A stretch of 63,241 nt of DNA, filler included, from Licmophora abbreviata (lineage: Eukaryota), in NCBI GenBank assembly GCA_900291995.1. It is 9 parts of 9 records of this genome, joined end to end, with 100 filler letters (N's around TTAATTAATTAA, not from the genome) between each part and the next. Parts side by side here need not be neighbours in the genome. Positions count along the whole stretch, not along the records: positions 26,034 to 42,315 come from OLMU01002452.1; positions 42,416 to 48,159 come from OLMU01002454.1; 7 more parts are not named here. One strand, written 5' to 3'. A program made the position numbers and the translations under genes. Shown here piece after piece: positions 33,121 to 44,072 of this stretch; position 1 is the stretch's first letter, and every line of letters begins with the position of its first letter. The notes under the pieces are model-generated. The model was given only the letters and a program-made list of their open reading frames with translations. It was not told the DNA's origin and did no database searches.

Positions 33121-34239
33121 ATGGACGATCGTCATTCGCTCTCGGAACCTCGTCCTATCCCCGGTACCAGATTGCCTACTTGGGAAGTCGATGTGTATCG
33201 AGATGGAGTTGACGACCCCGTTTTGACCCTTACAATCGACCGAACGACGCTTCCTCCACGTATGCGAAAGCGGAAGGTGGTCTGGAAGCTTCCCGATTCG
33301 GCGGAACAGACTCCCAATTTTGGCGCAGATGAAAAGAAACGAATTCTCGAACTCTTCAAACTGCAGAAGAAATCGCGACGAAAGCTAAATCGGAGCTCGA
33401 GTACCGGCACGAGCGGCGACGAAAGGAACGGCAGCGGGGGCGGTGCAATGAAGGAAAGCGTGAAGGATGTTACGAACGAATGTCATGTTAAGAAAGTGGG
33501 GGTCGCAAACAGCGAAACACGGCCAGTCGACGCCCCCTCCGACTCGCGACTGCCCGCACAATCGATACCGGCGGATATCAATGCTTCTTTCTCACCACAA
33601 GCCGATGTCGACAGGCAGGGTGATCTTATCAGAGCTGTTGACTCTGATGCTCCTCAATGGGAACTAGGGAATGCCCTCAACGCAGATGTCTCAGAACCGA
33701 TACCGTCACACACTGAGAACGCAGAAATGCCAATCGGCGGTCGCCGCGCGTCGCTGCCCCCTCCTGGGTTCGACATGCAGGCCTTGTCGTTGCAGGAGAC
33801 GCAGCGCCAAACGCCCCCAGAGCCTCCGAGGAGACTCTTCTCAATTTGCGCCTCATCGTCTAGCATACCAGTCGACCTGGCGAAGTGTGTTGTCGATACC
33901 TACTATCCGTTCGTTGAGTTCGGTCGGACGGCCGAGCTCAAGCTACACTATTTTCCCGGTGCCAAGAAGTCACTGAGTGTCGGTGGTGCCCATGCGATGT
34001 GCTCATCATTGGAGGAGTGCTTAGTACAGCTACAATCGCTGCATGGATCTCGATGGGAGGTTCGCGGTGTCGTAGCGCAACCGGGCGTCGCAGACAGCGT
34101 CGTCTTGCTCATCACCGGTGCAGTCATGCCTCCCACGCAAGCTACGTTCATGCCCTTCTGCCACACCTTGACATTGAATCGAGTGGAGGCAGGCTATCAG
34201 ATACATAACGACGCCATGGCGCTACTGACGGATACGTGA
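33121..34239 (+). CDS. Hypothetical protein with a C-terminal NTF2-like domain
   Basis: C-terminal VDTYY...LHY...VVLLITGAV...FCHTLTL...YQIHNDAM fits the NTF2 pattern; low-complexity middle region. Confidence 0.7.
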   Translation: MDDRHSLSEPRPIPGTRLPTWEVDVYRDGVDDPVLTLTIDRTTLPPRMRKRKVVWKLPDSAEQTPNFGADEKKRILELFKLQKKSRRKLNRSSSTGTSGDERNGSGGGAMKESVKDVTNECHVKKVGVANSETRPVDAPSDSRLPAQSIPADINASFSPQADVDRQGDLIRAVDSDAPQWELGNALNADVSEPIPSHTENAEMPIGGRRASLPPPGFDMQALSLQETQRQTPPEPPRRLFSICASSSSIPVDLAKCVVDTYYPFVEFGRTAELKLHYFPGAKKSLSVGGAHAMCSSLEECLVQLQSLHGSRWEVRGVVAQPGVADSVVLLITGAVMPPTQATFMPFCHTLTLNRVEAGYQIHNDAMALLTDT

Positions 34240-34438
34240 GGTAGATCGCGGCTCACGATGAGTCTACACAAGAGCATAGGCATGCTAGCTACAGGCAATG
34301 CACAATGCAGTACAAGAAGTACACACTTGACCGTCTCACTACACAAAGAGGCACATAAATACAGTATTCTATTCGTTTAGCAAGTGGTAACGTCTTGAAT
34401 AGAAAATGCTCGCGTGTAGTAGTATCAAGTATCCCGTG

Positions 34439-34939
34439 TCAGCTATATAAGCAGGAGCTCTTGTCCGTCTTGCTGGTTGTCTCCACCACTTCCCTATTAA
34501 TCGGATCCCCATTTCGAGAACCTTCAAAGATGCGGTCGTCCTGAGAATCATCAGGGACGACCCGTGGCAATGACGGAAAAGCAATGAACGGCATGTCGGC
34601 TTCGACGTCGCCTTCCTGTTCCACCAGACGCGCCTCGAGCTCTGCGATCCCGTTGCGGAGACGGGAAATCTCACTCTCAACAAGAAGCGCTGTTTTCAAG
34701 GCAAGCTCCCGTTTGGCGACGTCTCGCTCCTCTTGACGAGCCTTCCGGCGCCGGGGCTCCTCGTCATGATCGTGTTCTCCATGTTTGTCGGACGGGCGGC
34801 GCTCGGCACGGACCAGGGCGCGCATAGCATCAAAGTTTTCCCTCAGTTCTGGAGACAGGACGCTGTCGTCACCATTTTTGTCAGAAGCCGCATCCTCTCC
34901 GCTAGCAGAATGGCTCAAAGGTGGGTATAGGGTTTGCAT
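34439..34939 (-). CDS. Hypothetical coiled-coil protein, about 166 aa; start uncertain
   Basis: Charged, heptad-like ELALKTALLVESEISRLRNGIAELEARL. The upstream part of the computed ORF looks like UTR. Confidence 0.55.
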   Translation of the reverse strand: MQTLYPPLSHSASGEDAASDKNGDDSVLSPELRENFDAMRALVRAERRPSDKHGEHDHDEEPRRRKARQEERDVAKRELALKTALLVESEISRLRNGIAELEARLVEQEGDVEADMPFIAFPSLPRVVPDDSQDDRIFEGSRNGDPINREVVETTSKTDKSSCLYS

Positions 34940-35752
34940 GAGTACGAGTAGTAGCAATGTGAGCGTTTGGCATGTATGTATCGAATAATCGCAGGTCAGA
35001 CTTCGTTCGGTCGAAGCAGACAGATTCAGCTGAGCATGCAAGCCGACGCGCGAGTGAGGTAGGTCTAGGAGGGCGGGTGTATACGCAAATGAGAAGGTCT
35101 GTACAGCATTTGAAGCACAAAAGAGCACCACGAGGTGAGAAAGAAGCAAAGTCGTCTGTGCGTGCCGTCGCCAAGGAACAGGGTTCTTCGTCCTTGTTCT
35201 GGGTAGGCACGTAGGATGGATAGGCGTTTCTACGTAGATCCGAAAGATCCTTGTCTTCAAGCGACGTACCGGTACCAAATCTTCCGTTGTTTTTGGCTGA
35301 ACTTCGCTATCGACACGCAATCGCTGCTTATCCCCTCGAAGTACAGGGGGCGCGATCTGGCCGAAGGACAAAGACTCAAAGCAACAAACAAAGCGGTCGT
35401 CGTGGTGACTTCAACGTGCTCGGGGGCGCGGCACAGAAAATACACAAACAAGAAAACAAAAACAAAAAAAACGAGTGTGGCTCCTTCGCGACGAAGCTGA
35501 ACACGTACGCGAAGTACATTTAAACATATCCACCATTGTATATAAATTATACTTGATTGTTCTTTACGTTTTATGTTTAACAAACGTGTTGTCTTTGGAT
35601 TGACGCTGTGACACAGAATGACGCAAGAGATGTCACACTTCCGCACGTCGAAGTATCCGCCCACAGATTTGTTCGGAACCAACAAACAGAACATTCATGT
35701 CTGTGATTGATGAGGCGTCACGAGGCCAGTCGTTGATCCCCTCTTCTTCTGC

Positions 35753-37180
35753 ATGAACGAAAGCCCGCCCCCTGAAATCGCGACCGCCAAAGAAAACACT
35801 GCACAGAGGGGAGTCCTGCGTGAGAATCTGGGCACGAGAGAGCCAAGCCGCCAGCTTTTCACGCCATTGTCTCCGCAGACAGTGCTGGCGTCTGTCCGTC
35901 AGCGCCACAGTCCCGCCACGGCATCAGCCATCTGCCACGCAACCTCTGCCGCATCAGAGCTGCCGCCCACTGACAGCGAAGTTGAACACACCAGCGCCGA
36001 TCCTCCCTTGTCACTCTCATTCTTGACCTCACATCACCGTTGGCGTTCGTCAGAGGAAACGAGATCGAGCAGCAACGAAATGGTGTGGATGCGCAACGAG
36101 GACACGTCGACAACGCAACCAGAACAGAACAAACACGACGGCGAGAATTCCGATATGAACAAGAAGAAAATGTGCGCCACTGGACCAGATTCGCCCAATC
36201 AGCTGGACAAATCCACCCCTGCTTCCTCCTCCGTGGGGCTTGTCGTCATGCCCGCACTGAAGAATCGACAAATCGAACACACGCCCCACCAGGAGAGTCA
36301 ACCGGACAGTTCGGAACGTCGGACGAGTACCGGCACTGTTGCTCGAAAGCGCGCGCCACAACCCAAGAAGCCTGGTCAGACTGCGGGTCGCTGGACGGAC
36401 GAAGAGCATCAAGCTTTCCTGGAGGGACTCAAGGTCTTCGGGAGGGAGTGGAAGAAGGTGGCCAGTCGAATCCCGACGCGAACGTCAGCCCAGATTCGCT
36501 CGCACGCGCAAAAGTACTTTTCCAAGCTGGACCGCGAAGAATCGGTCTACCTTCAAGAGCAACACCACTTCCACCCTCACAATCAGCCGGTTGCGTCCTC
36601 CTTTGGAGGGATGCACACGCACCACCCCTCGGTCCCCTTGGCCCCCGCTGTTGCGCCTATTCCCGGGGTTTCCACATCTGTACGACGAAACATGAATCGA
36701 ATCATTGCGAATCCCGAGGCAGCACAGCTCGAAGTCGAAGATACGCTCCGACAGCTTCGCGAACGTTACCGTCAGTTGCAGGTTCGATTGGACGCTAGCA
36801 GCGGCCAGCGTCATCGACGTCAAAGGGCTCCCATGCTGGGCATCGACGAAAGCGACTCTCAGCACCTAGGACCCTCTCACCCCCAGTCTCACATGGACCA
36901 ACGCAAGCGAACGTTCGACGAAGCAATGTACGACGTGGCCAACGCTGATGAATTGTCATCTGTATCGTCTAGCGTGTCGGCCTCGTCTGTGGCCATGTCA
37001 CCGACGCGTGAGGAACTGATTGCATTGCACGTTCTCGGCGGCGATCTTCCTCGTAGCTTGAGCAACCAGGAGCTGCCGCCATTGGGTCACTCCGAATCGA
37101 ACGATGTCGGAGCTTCCAACGAAGAAGCGCCCGCTCCTCCTTCGGGTCAGGAGCCGGAGCACGACCAGATGATGCCGTAG
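35753..37180 (+). CDS. Single-repeat MYB transcription factor, SHAQKYF class; start codon uncertain
   Basis: GRWTDEEHQAFLEGLKVFGREWKKVASRIPTRTSAQIRSHAQKYF, followed by a coiled coil. Confidence 0.92.
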   Translation: MNESPPPEIATAKENTAQRGVLRENLGTREPSRQLFTPLSPQTVLASVRQRHSPATASAICHATSAASELPPTDSEVEHTSADPPLSLSFLTSHHRWRSSEETRSSSNEMVWMRNEDTSTTQPEQNKHDGENSDMNKKKMCATGPDSPNQLDKSTPASSSVGLVVMPALKNRQIEHTPHQESQPDSSERRTSTGTVARKRAPQPKKPGQTAGRWTDEEHQAFLEGLKVFGREWKKVASRIPTRTSAQIRSHAQKYFSKLDREESVYLQEQHHFHPHNQPVASSFGGMHTHHPSVPLAPAVAPIPGVSTSVRRNMNRIIANPEAAQLEVEDTLRQLRERYRQLQVRLDASSGQRHRRQRAPMLGIDESDSQHLGPSHPQSHMDQRKRTFDEAMYDVANADELSSVSSSVSASSVAMSPTREELIALHVLGGDLPRSLSNQELPPLGHSESNDVGASNEEAPAPPSGQEPEHDQMMP

Positions 37181-37903
37181 AATGGACCACGCGCTGCCGT
37201 TTGTTGGAGAGAGCTCAGCCGTGATTTGTAAATACGCACCTCCAGGGAATGACAAGACCACGCTTCCCGAGGCCTTTAGAAAGACAGGGGCGACCATGTT
37301 GAAACGGACAATCGGCTTTGATTATAGACATACATGCCAAAGCATTGTTCCACCAAGCCACCTGCACTGCAAGAGACAGCCACCGCATTGCGTCACGATC
37401 ACCTATTACGACGTAAATGAAGGAGAGACCGAAGACACATTGATTTTTGACTGCACCACGCCCATTACCACGAATCATCACGTCGACGACGCTTCCGCCT
37501 GTGACTCGACAAGCAAGAGACGGAAAAAATAGAGCCACACAATACCACTCACTGTAGTTGCACCACCACATAGTAAGGTCCTCTCTTATTGTCTTGTATC
37601 ATATGTTGCGCAGGGTATCGTCACGAAGTTTGAATAGCAGAGAGATTCGCTTGTGTGCGGTGAGTGCTTGTTCTTATATCTCGTACCACGGCCTCATCAG
37701 ACAAGGAAGTGACTGGAAGCTCCTAATCGCCGCTTCAAGTCAGCGTCGCTAATCTTCCACCCGCGAAGTAGTAACGATGATTCATTCTACACAGTCAGGC
37801 AACAAGCGACAAAACGAACATATGATAGTCTAGTGATTATACGGTATTCCACTTTTCTGGCAATGAAATCCAAAACACAAATGATGATGTCGTCCAGCAG
37901 GCA

Positions 37904-39355
37904 TCACGCGGGCTCACTTGCCGTGTGTTGGACTCGACCCTTTGAATAAAACTCGTCGGCCTCGGTTGACGCCAAAGAAACTGTATGAGAAGAACAGGAC
38001 TCATCATCGACGTCAAGCGTGCTCTGACTGCTTTCATGGAGAGATTTTAACACACGGCCGAGTGTCGGAATGTGCTTTGGCGTTTCTTCCTTGATGGGGG
38101 AAAGCGTGCCGGACATTGCAATCCATGGATGGTTGAGGGCTTCGATGGCATCTAGACGCAGGCTGGGTTCGACTTGTAGTAGCGCCGCAATGAATCGCTT
38201 GGCGCTATGTGAGACCCCCGTCCAACGTTTGGAAGAAAACGAATAGTCACCTTTGATTATTTTGCGTTGGACTCCTCGCTTGGTCCTATGTACGAATGGC
38301 GACTGACCCGCAATGGAAAAGTACAGGATAGCGCCCACACTCCACATATCCGATTTCGTGCCATATGACTGCAACTGTTGAACTTCTGGTGCTGCATATG
38401 TGACCGATCCGCATCGTCCTGTAAGGGATCCTCGCCCGCTGTTCGACTCCGGAACGACGACCGACCAACCAAAATCAGCTATCGTAACTTGATTCCCATC
38501 ATGAGATAGGAGAATATTGTCGGGTTTTAAGTTCCGATGGCAAATAGGTCTATCGTGGTGATGCAGGGAGCCCACGCCTTGTAACAAAGACTTCGCCAGC
38601 TTTCGCGTTTCCTTTTCGGAAAACTTCTTATGAAGTACTTGTGATTGCAGAGTACTGCCCTCGACATAGTCCATCACGAGAAAGAAGTGAGCTGGATCTT
38701 CAAATGAGTCGACCAGCGAAATGGTTCCGGTAGCTTTGTCACCCAGCTGCTTCAGCATGATCACTTCTCGCTTGGCCGCTCCATCTTCCTTTGGTGAAAG
38801 CATTCGCCGGTCAAATATCTTGGTGGCGTACCGTGTCCCCGAGGCTCGATGGATCGTCTCCCATACAGTTGAGTAATGCCCTCGATATATCTACAGCACG
38901 ATATGCAAGAAGGAAAGGAACGTGAGATACGGATTGTATGTCGAAAGTTCGATGGTCTTTGTCGTCAGCCTCCTCCTCCAAGTAGACAGGCGTACCTGCC
39001 GAGTCAGCACGTAGATATCGTGGAAGACGAGTCTTTGTGGGGAACTGATCACGTCATGTTCGAATGAATCCTCCCATCCATTATCAGGTACCTCTCGCTC
39101 CAAAGATAGATGTTTTGGAAGAACACTACGGGAGTTTTCAGGACGGCAGGGCTCCGCCATTGCAGTAGTTCGCATCGATGATGCAGGTCTTGGATTTTCG
39201 ACTGGTCGAACGAGATCCAATACAGAAAAATAGCCCACAAATAGCGAAGATAGCTCTGGATTGTGGCACCAGGTCTCTTGGTCACCAGCATATTCAGCGT
39301 CCGTCAAGTCATGAACAACGGGATAGAGAGAAGCAATGTCTAGTGTAGAGGGCAT
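37904..39355 (-). CDS. CAMK-group kinase-like protein, probable pseudokinase; exons 39355-38996 and 38890-37904, 448 aa
   Basis: YATKI, HRNLKPDNILL, DFG, CGSVTYAAPE, DMWSVG, ALNHPWI. Confidence 0.88.
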
Positions 39356-39918
39356 GTTGTATTCTTCTTAACGACACCGAGCTTCGATGGAGCGATATGA
39401 GATAATGGCGCTACAAAGAAGGAAATGAGAACCGAAGACGTTCGCTTGTGATTTATGTGTCGTGCTTCGAGAGCATCACAGCGGTCCTGCGGGACACAAG
39501 ACAGGAACGAGAAAGCCAGGATCGGCAACGATGGCTTTCTCTTTCACGACTCTTCCTGTTCTGACAAGGTCAAGAGTTCCATCACTTCCCACGGTCAGTT
39601 CCCACGGGAGTGATTGATACTTCACTGTAATGTTATCGAATTTTTGTAGCCGACTTTCTCTCTCGGAAATTTCATATTCTACTCCACGGACTGAGCACAA
39701 GTATATGTATAAGTAAGAGATTCACGCTCACAAAAACAGAGTATACATTTATTATTCAAGGAGTATATAACCAATAATCATGTATGAATATTATCATGAC
39801 TTGTGACCCTGCATTCCAAGATTCGAACTTCAAGTTGAAAGTTTGAAGTTTTGCCACCGCTGATGCGAAGACCGAAGACACCATCATCAGTGCAGTGGAT
39901 AATGTGGCCGATCGAAAA

Positions 39919-41316
39919 ATGGCGGCCTTATCATGGCCACTAACCCTCTTTCTCTTACTAGTTTTGATCAACTTGCTACGCATCGAGTTCTGTGATTGCA
40001 TGGTCAGCAGCAGCAGCAGCAGCGACAGATTTGTCATCCTGGGCGGGACGGGTCGGATAGGGACTGCCGTGGCGTCGCATTTGCTACTCCGCGCACCGCG
40101 ATCCCAGATAGTTCTCGTGGGAAGGAATCGAGACAAGGGCTGTGCTGCCGTAGAAGAGGTTCTCTCTGAGCGACCAGGGGCGAGTGTACTCTGGAAACGT
40201 CTTGACGACGTTTGGAGCAGCCGGTATTCGGACGAGCTGGCAAGCATCTTGACAGATGCCGACTGTTTGGTTCACACAGCCGGACCATATCTAGGGGAGA
40301 GACCGATCCCTTTGCAGGTAGCCATTCGAGCAGGGGTGCGCGCGTACGTTGATGTATCCGACCCCTTGGATTATCTGCAGGAGTCACTAGACATGACACA
40401 TGAAGCGGCGCGTTCCAAAACGTCAGCATTAGTTTCTGCGGGTGCCTTCCCAGGCATGTCCAATGTGTTGGCTGTCGAGGCTACAAGTCGTCTTAATGAT
40501 GAGGTACAAGATGTGAGATTTAACTACTTTACCGCAGGGCTGGGTGGATCAGGGGATGTCAATCTATACATAACGAATCTGGGATTCGGAGAGCCAATGA
40601 TACAGTACGACCACGGAGCTTTGCGACCATTTCAAGCCTTGTCGGGTCTCTTGCTGGGAAAAGTCAATTTTTACCTCGAGAAAGAAGCAGGTTACGGCAA
40701 CGAGGTTGCAAAGAACCGCGTTGGGAGCCAGACCGTCTTTTCATGGCCTTTTCCAGAGGCGGCGACAGTCCCAAAGGAAATAGGTATCGTCGGTGACTCC
40801 TCAGCAGCCATGGGCACCGCGCCAGGCGTTTGGAATGACATGCTGGGTCTTCTAGTTTCCATTGTACCACGGCAACTGTGGAAATCACGTCGATTTTCGC
40901 AGTTCTTGGCTGACTTTTCGCAGCCTCTCGTCAAGCTGACCGACAACATATTGCGGCTCCTATCTCCCGATGGCGTGGGAGAGACACATGCAATGCGCGT
41001 TGATGTAACGGGAGTCAAGGGGGGATCAGTTTCAGCTGTTCAAGGTCACGAGTCGTTCCGACGATGCGTTGGTCAATCATGCGCCGAGTTTGCCCTTGAT
41101 ATGCTCGAGCACTCAGCACCTGGGGTCAATTTACCGGAACAGCGATACCATGAGGACAAGGCTCGAAGCCGAATAATTGAAAGGCTCACGACCACCCCAG
41201 GAACTTTCTGCTATACAGGCCCAGTTGAGTTGTCCGAAGGCGCCCCTGCTCCCACCAACATGGACGACGCGATCAGAAAGGCTAACGATAGCGAACGACG
41301 GTGGAAGAAGCAGTAG
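39919..41316 (+). CDS. Saccharopine dehydrogenase-like NAD(P)-binding oxidoreductase with a signal peptide
   Basis: ILGGTGRIG, VHTAGPY, YVDVSD, AGAFPGMSNVLA, YFTAGLGGSG. Confidence 0.88.
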   Translation: MAALSWPLTLFLLLVLINLLRIEFCDCMVSSSSSSDRFVILGGTGRIGTAVASHLLLRAPRSQIVLVGRNRDKGCAAVEEVLSERPGASVLWKRLDDVWSSRYSDELASILTDADCLVHTAGPYLGERPIPLQVAIRAGVRAYVDVSDPLDYLQESLDMTHEAARSKTSALVSAGAFPGMSNVLAVEATSRLNDEVQDVRFNYFTAGLGGSGDVNLYITNLGFGEPMIQYDHGALRPFQALSGLLLGKVNFYLEKEAGYGNEVAKNRVGSQTVFSWPFPEAATVPKEIGIVGDSSAAMGTAPGVWNDMLGLLVSIVPRQLWKSRRFSQFLADFSQPLVKLTDNILRLLSPDGVGETHAMRVDVTGVKGGSVSAVQGHESFRRCVGQSCAEFALDMLEHSAPGVNLPEQRYHEDKARSRIIERLTTTPGTFCYTGPVELSEGAPAPTNMDDAIRKANDSERRWKKQ

Positions 41317-41514
41317 AGAGCGAACGATCCTACACAGTACTAGAGATTGTATTGATACCCAACGAGTGACTGAAACGGCCTACAGTAGTCACAAGTGCCA
41401 AAGTTATATTGCAGAAAGAAGAGTATAATATACTTTTTACTTCGTATTTGTTTGCTTTCCGGCAGAACCAATCAACGCAGCAGTCGCACAGGTCGATACT
41501 CTCCATGGTCAAAT

Positions 41515-41930
41515 CTAGTCGACGTTGGACATGGTAACCTCATCTGTCTTCTTATCCATGTTTTGGTTTTTTGTTCCAACTTTGCCTTTCGGTCCTTATC
41601 CATCTTGAGCTTGGTAATGGTAAGAGCGGACGCTGGGATTCCTACAGGCACAGTGGCACCATTGGCTTTCTCTCGCGAAATCCTTTCGACATGAACGACC
41701 CACTTCTTCCTGTAGACAGCAGTGACCTTTCCTTCTCGTGACTTGTAAAGTCCGCGAGTGATGGTGACCTCATCTTCCTGGCGAATGGGCATGGATCGAA
41801 CACCGTGGCGTGCCCGCAGCTCCTTGCTCAAGTTTGCCGACATGAGCTTGCGGCGTGCTTCCGAATGCGCGCCAAAGTGCGCCTTGCGGTTCTTGCGTCG
41901 AGATGACGTGACGGAAGTCGAGTACTTCAT
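41515..41930 (-). CDS. RPL26: 60S ribosomal protein L26 (uL24), with an apparent 1-nt frameshift at the homopolymer 41567-41572; probable 5'-UTR intron 41947-42249
   Basis: [43 protein letters not shown] family-typical ...MSNVD* end lies in an adjacent frame. Confidence 0.93.
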
Positions 41931-42526
41931 TTTCCCAAGCTTGAAACTGATGTGGGGGAGAGCGAGAAGGGGGCGTTGTTAGCACTACAATTGAAAAAAA
42001 TCAGCTCGCATCCAGTCGGCTGCTAACAGCATCAGCGCGGTGCTACTTGGTTTCATGCGACGGACAGACAATCCATCCGTGTTGAAACCACGAGGAGCCG
42101 CTCGGCGTCAATTCCTTGTCAAATTGAGACCTGCGTTCGCCTCAGCACACCCGATCGTGACAATACAACCGAACAAACATCGCAGAGATTCCACAGTCTC
42201 CCCACAGAGCAGAAACGCGCCATTGTCGATCCATAAAGCAGACACTCACCCGTTGCGGAGTGCCACCGTCAGTGTTTTGGGCAATGGCTATCGCACACTC
42301 CGTAGAAATGGTATGNNNNNNNNNNNNNNNNNNNNNNNNNNNNNNNNNNNNNNNNNNNNTTAATTAATTAANNNNNNNNNNNNNNNNNNNNNNNNNNNNN
42401 NNNNNNNNNNNNNNNTGTCTGCAATGTTGCTTATTTTTTCATTTTGGCTTCGCACGCTCAATCTATTGTGTCCTTGTTCAATCTTTGTGGTTTTTATTCT
42501 GATTCCTTCGAACGTCAACTGTCAAG

Positions 42527-43645
42527 ATACTGACTTGGATATGGGTCGGAGTGTCATGGGCTGTCTTTCTCTTCAACATTATCTTTGAGCGACATTTGAT
42601 TAGCGTCCGAAATACGTTTGTGGCGACACCGACAACATCAGGAGATAGCGAAACGACGCAGCTTCTGAATCAAGGGGCGAGACTCCCATTGTGGTGCCAG
42701 GTTGACCTCGATGCCTACCTACGGTCGCGTTCATGGATAACTCGATGTGTTGTCGGAGGGACCCCAAACCGACAGCAGGCACTGTTTTGGATGGACGCAA
42801 AGGGTCCCAAATTTTATCTGATCATCTTGCAGATCAATCTGGTCTTCACGGGGTTGTATACGGCAAATCAATTGCTCGAGTTTCTGCCGGTAATGTACAA
42901 CGACGTGCCCCTGTATGAGTTTTTTCTGTACCTTGTCTTTGCGACTCTCCCCGTGTTGGGAATCATGCTCAACAAGCAGCGGCTCGTCGCGACTTTGTCG
43001 CAAGTTTGTTGTATGGGCGTCTATCGGAGGCCACAAGTCGTATCGACCGTTCTTCGGGAGAAAAAGACAGTGCATGTTGTTCGAGCTTTCATCATTCTAT
43101 ACAAACTGCGACAAATGGCAGAACGCAGCGAGCATTCGAACGATCGGTATCTTCATCACAGTAGGAGTCGGACGTTCGGTCACCTAGAAACGGAAGAGAT
43201 TAGTGCTGCTTTCGATGCATTTGACCATACGGGCGACGGTGTTGTTACGTACGGCGAACTCAAGTTACTGCTCACGAAGCTAGGAGCGCCAATGGATGAC
43301 GAGAGTATCCAAAAGGTGATCAAAATTCTCGATGTCAACAATGACGGCAGCATCTCGAAGGCGGAGTTCCTGCAGTGGTATGCCGAACAGGAAGGACAAG
43401 GCGATGAAATCTCGGAGCGCGAACGTGCCGAGTTTCTGTTTGAAATGTTTGATGAAAATGGGACGGGTTCAGTGACGATCGGGGAATTCAAGCGGAAGCT
43501 GGATGCCTTGCATGCAGGACTTACTGTGGACGACGTGGGGGCGATTGTAAACGAGTTGGACCACGACGACACCGGCTGCGTCGGCCCCGAGGAATTTGAG
43601 TATTTGATCAGGAAGTACTATCCGAGGGAACTGCGATCTGAGTAG
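42527..43645 (+). CDS. Terminal exon of a multi-pass membrane protein (MLO-like) with four C-terminal EF-hands; 5' part lost in the gap
   Basis: TM segments around QQALFWMDAKGPKFYLIILQ; EF loops DHTGDGVVTYGE, DVNNDGSISKAE, DENGTGSVTIGE, DHDDTGCVGPEE; splice acceptor at 42526. Confidence 0.8.
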   Translation: MLTWIWVGVSWAVFLFNIIFERHLISVRNTFVATPTTSGDSETTQLLNQGARLPLWCQVDLDAYLRSRSWITRCVVGGTPNRQQALFWMDAKGPKFYLIILQINLVFTGLYTANQLLEFLPVMYNDVPLYEFFLYLVFATLPVLGIMLNKQRLVATLSQVCCMGVYRRPQVVSTVLREKKTVHVVRAFIILYKLRQMAERSEHSNDRYLHHSRSRTFGHLETEEISAAFDAFDHTGDGVVTYGELKLLLTKLGAPMDDESIQKVIKILDVNNDGSISKAEFLQWYAEQEGQGDEISERERAEFLFEMFDENGTGSVTIGEFKRKLDALHAGLTVDDVGAIVNELDHDDTGCVGPEEFEYLIRKYYPRELRSE

Positions 43646-44072
43646 ACCCATCTGTAGACGTTGGGTAATTATAGATCTGGTAGCGACTTAAGGGATACGT
43701 GAACGACCGATCAAAATCAATACCTGACTCTACTAGTATCCGTGATGCTACCATTTGATTAACTCGCTCTACATGGGCTGGAAAGCGCTTGAGCCCCATC
43801 GCTCACTCTGCTAATGCTGCAACTCCCGTCACTCGCCTCTAGCTAGAGCTCAAGTCGGTTGTGGCTCGGAACTCTCTCAACATTATTTTAATACAGTGTA
43901 CGAAGTTGCGCAGTCTCGATCAGAACTATGCTAATTCAAATTTGCAACGTAAAAATTTCCCGTATTGAGTAGTTTACTGTGGGGGATAGATAATGAAGTG
44001 ACCGCGGCAACAACGCGATAGCCGAGGAGAGTTAGCACACATGATTTAATACGAGAGCACAGTGAAACTCCC

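Noticed and set aside
42106..42117. CGTCAATTCCTT, complementary to a conserved SSU rRNA segment (possible snoRNA guide)
   Set aside because: It is on the wrong strand relative to the RPL26 host, has no adjacent D box, and 12-nt matches to rRNA are expected by chance in 63 kb.
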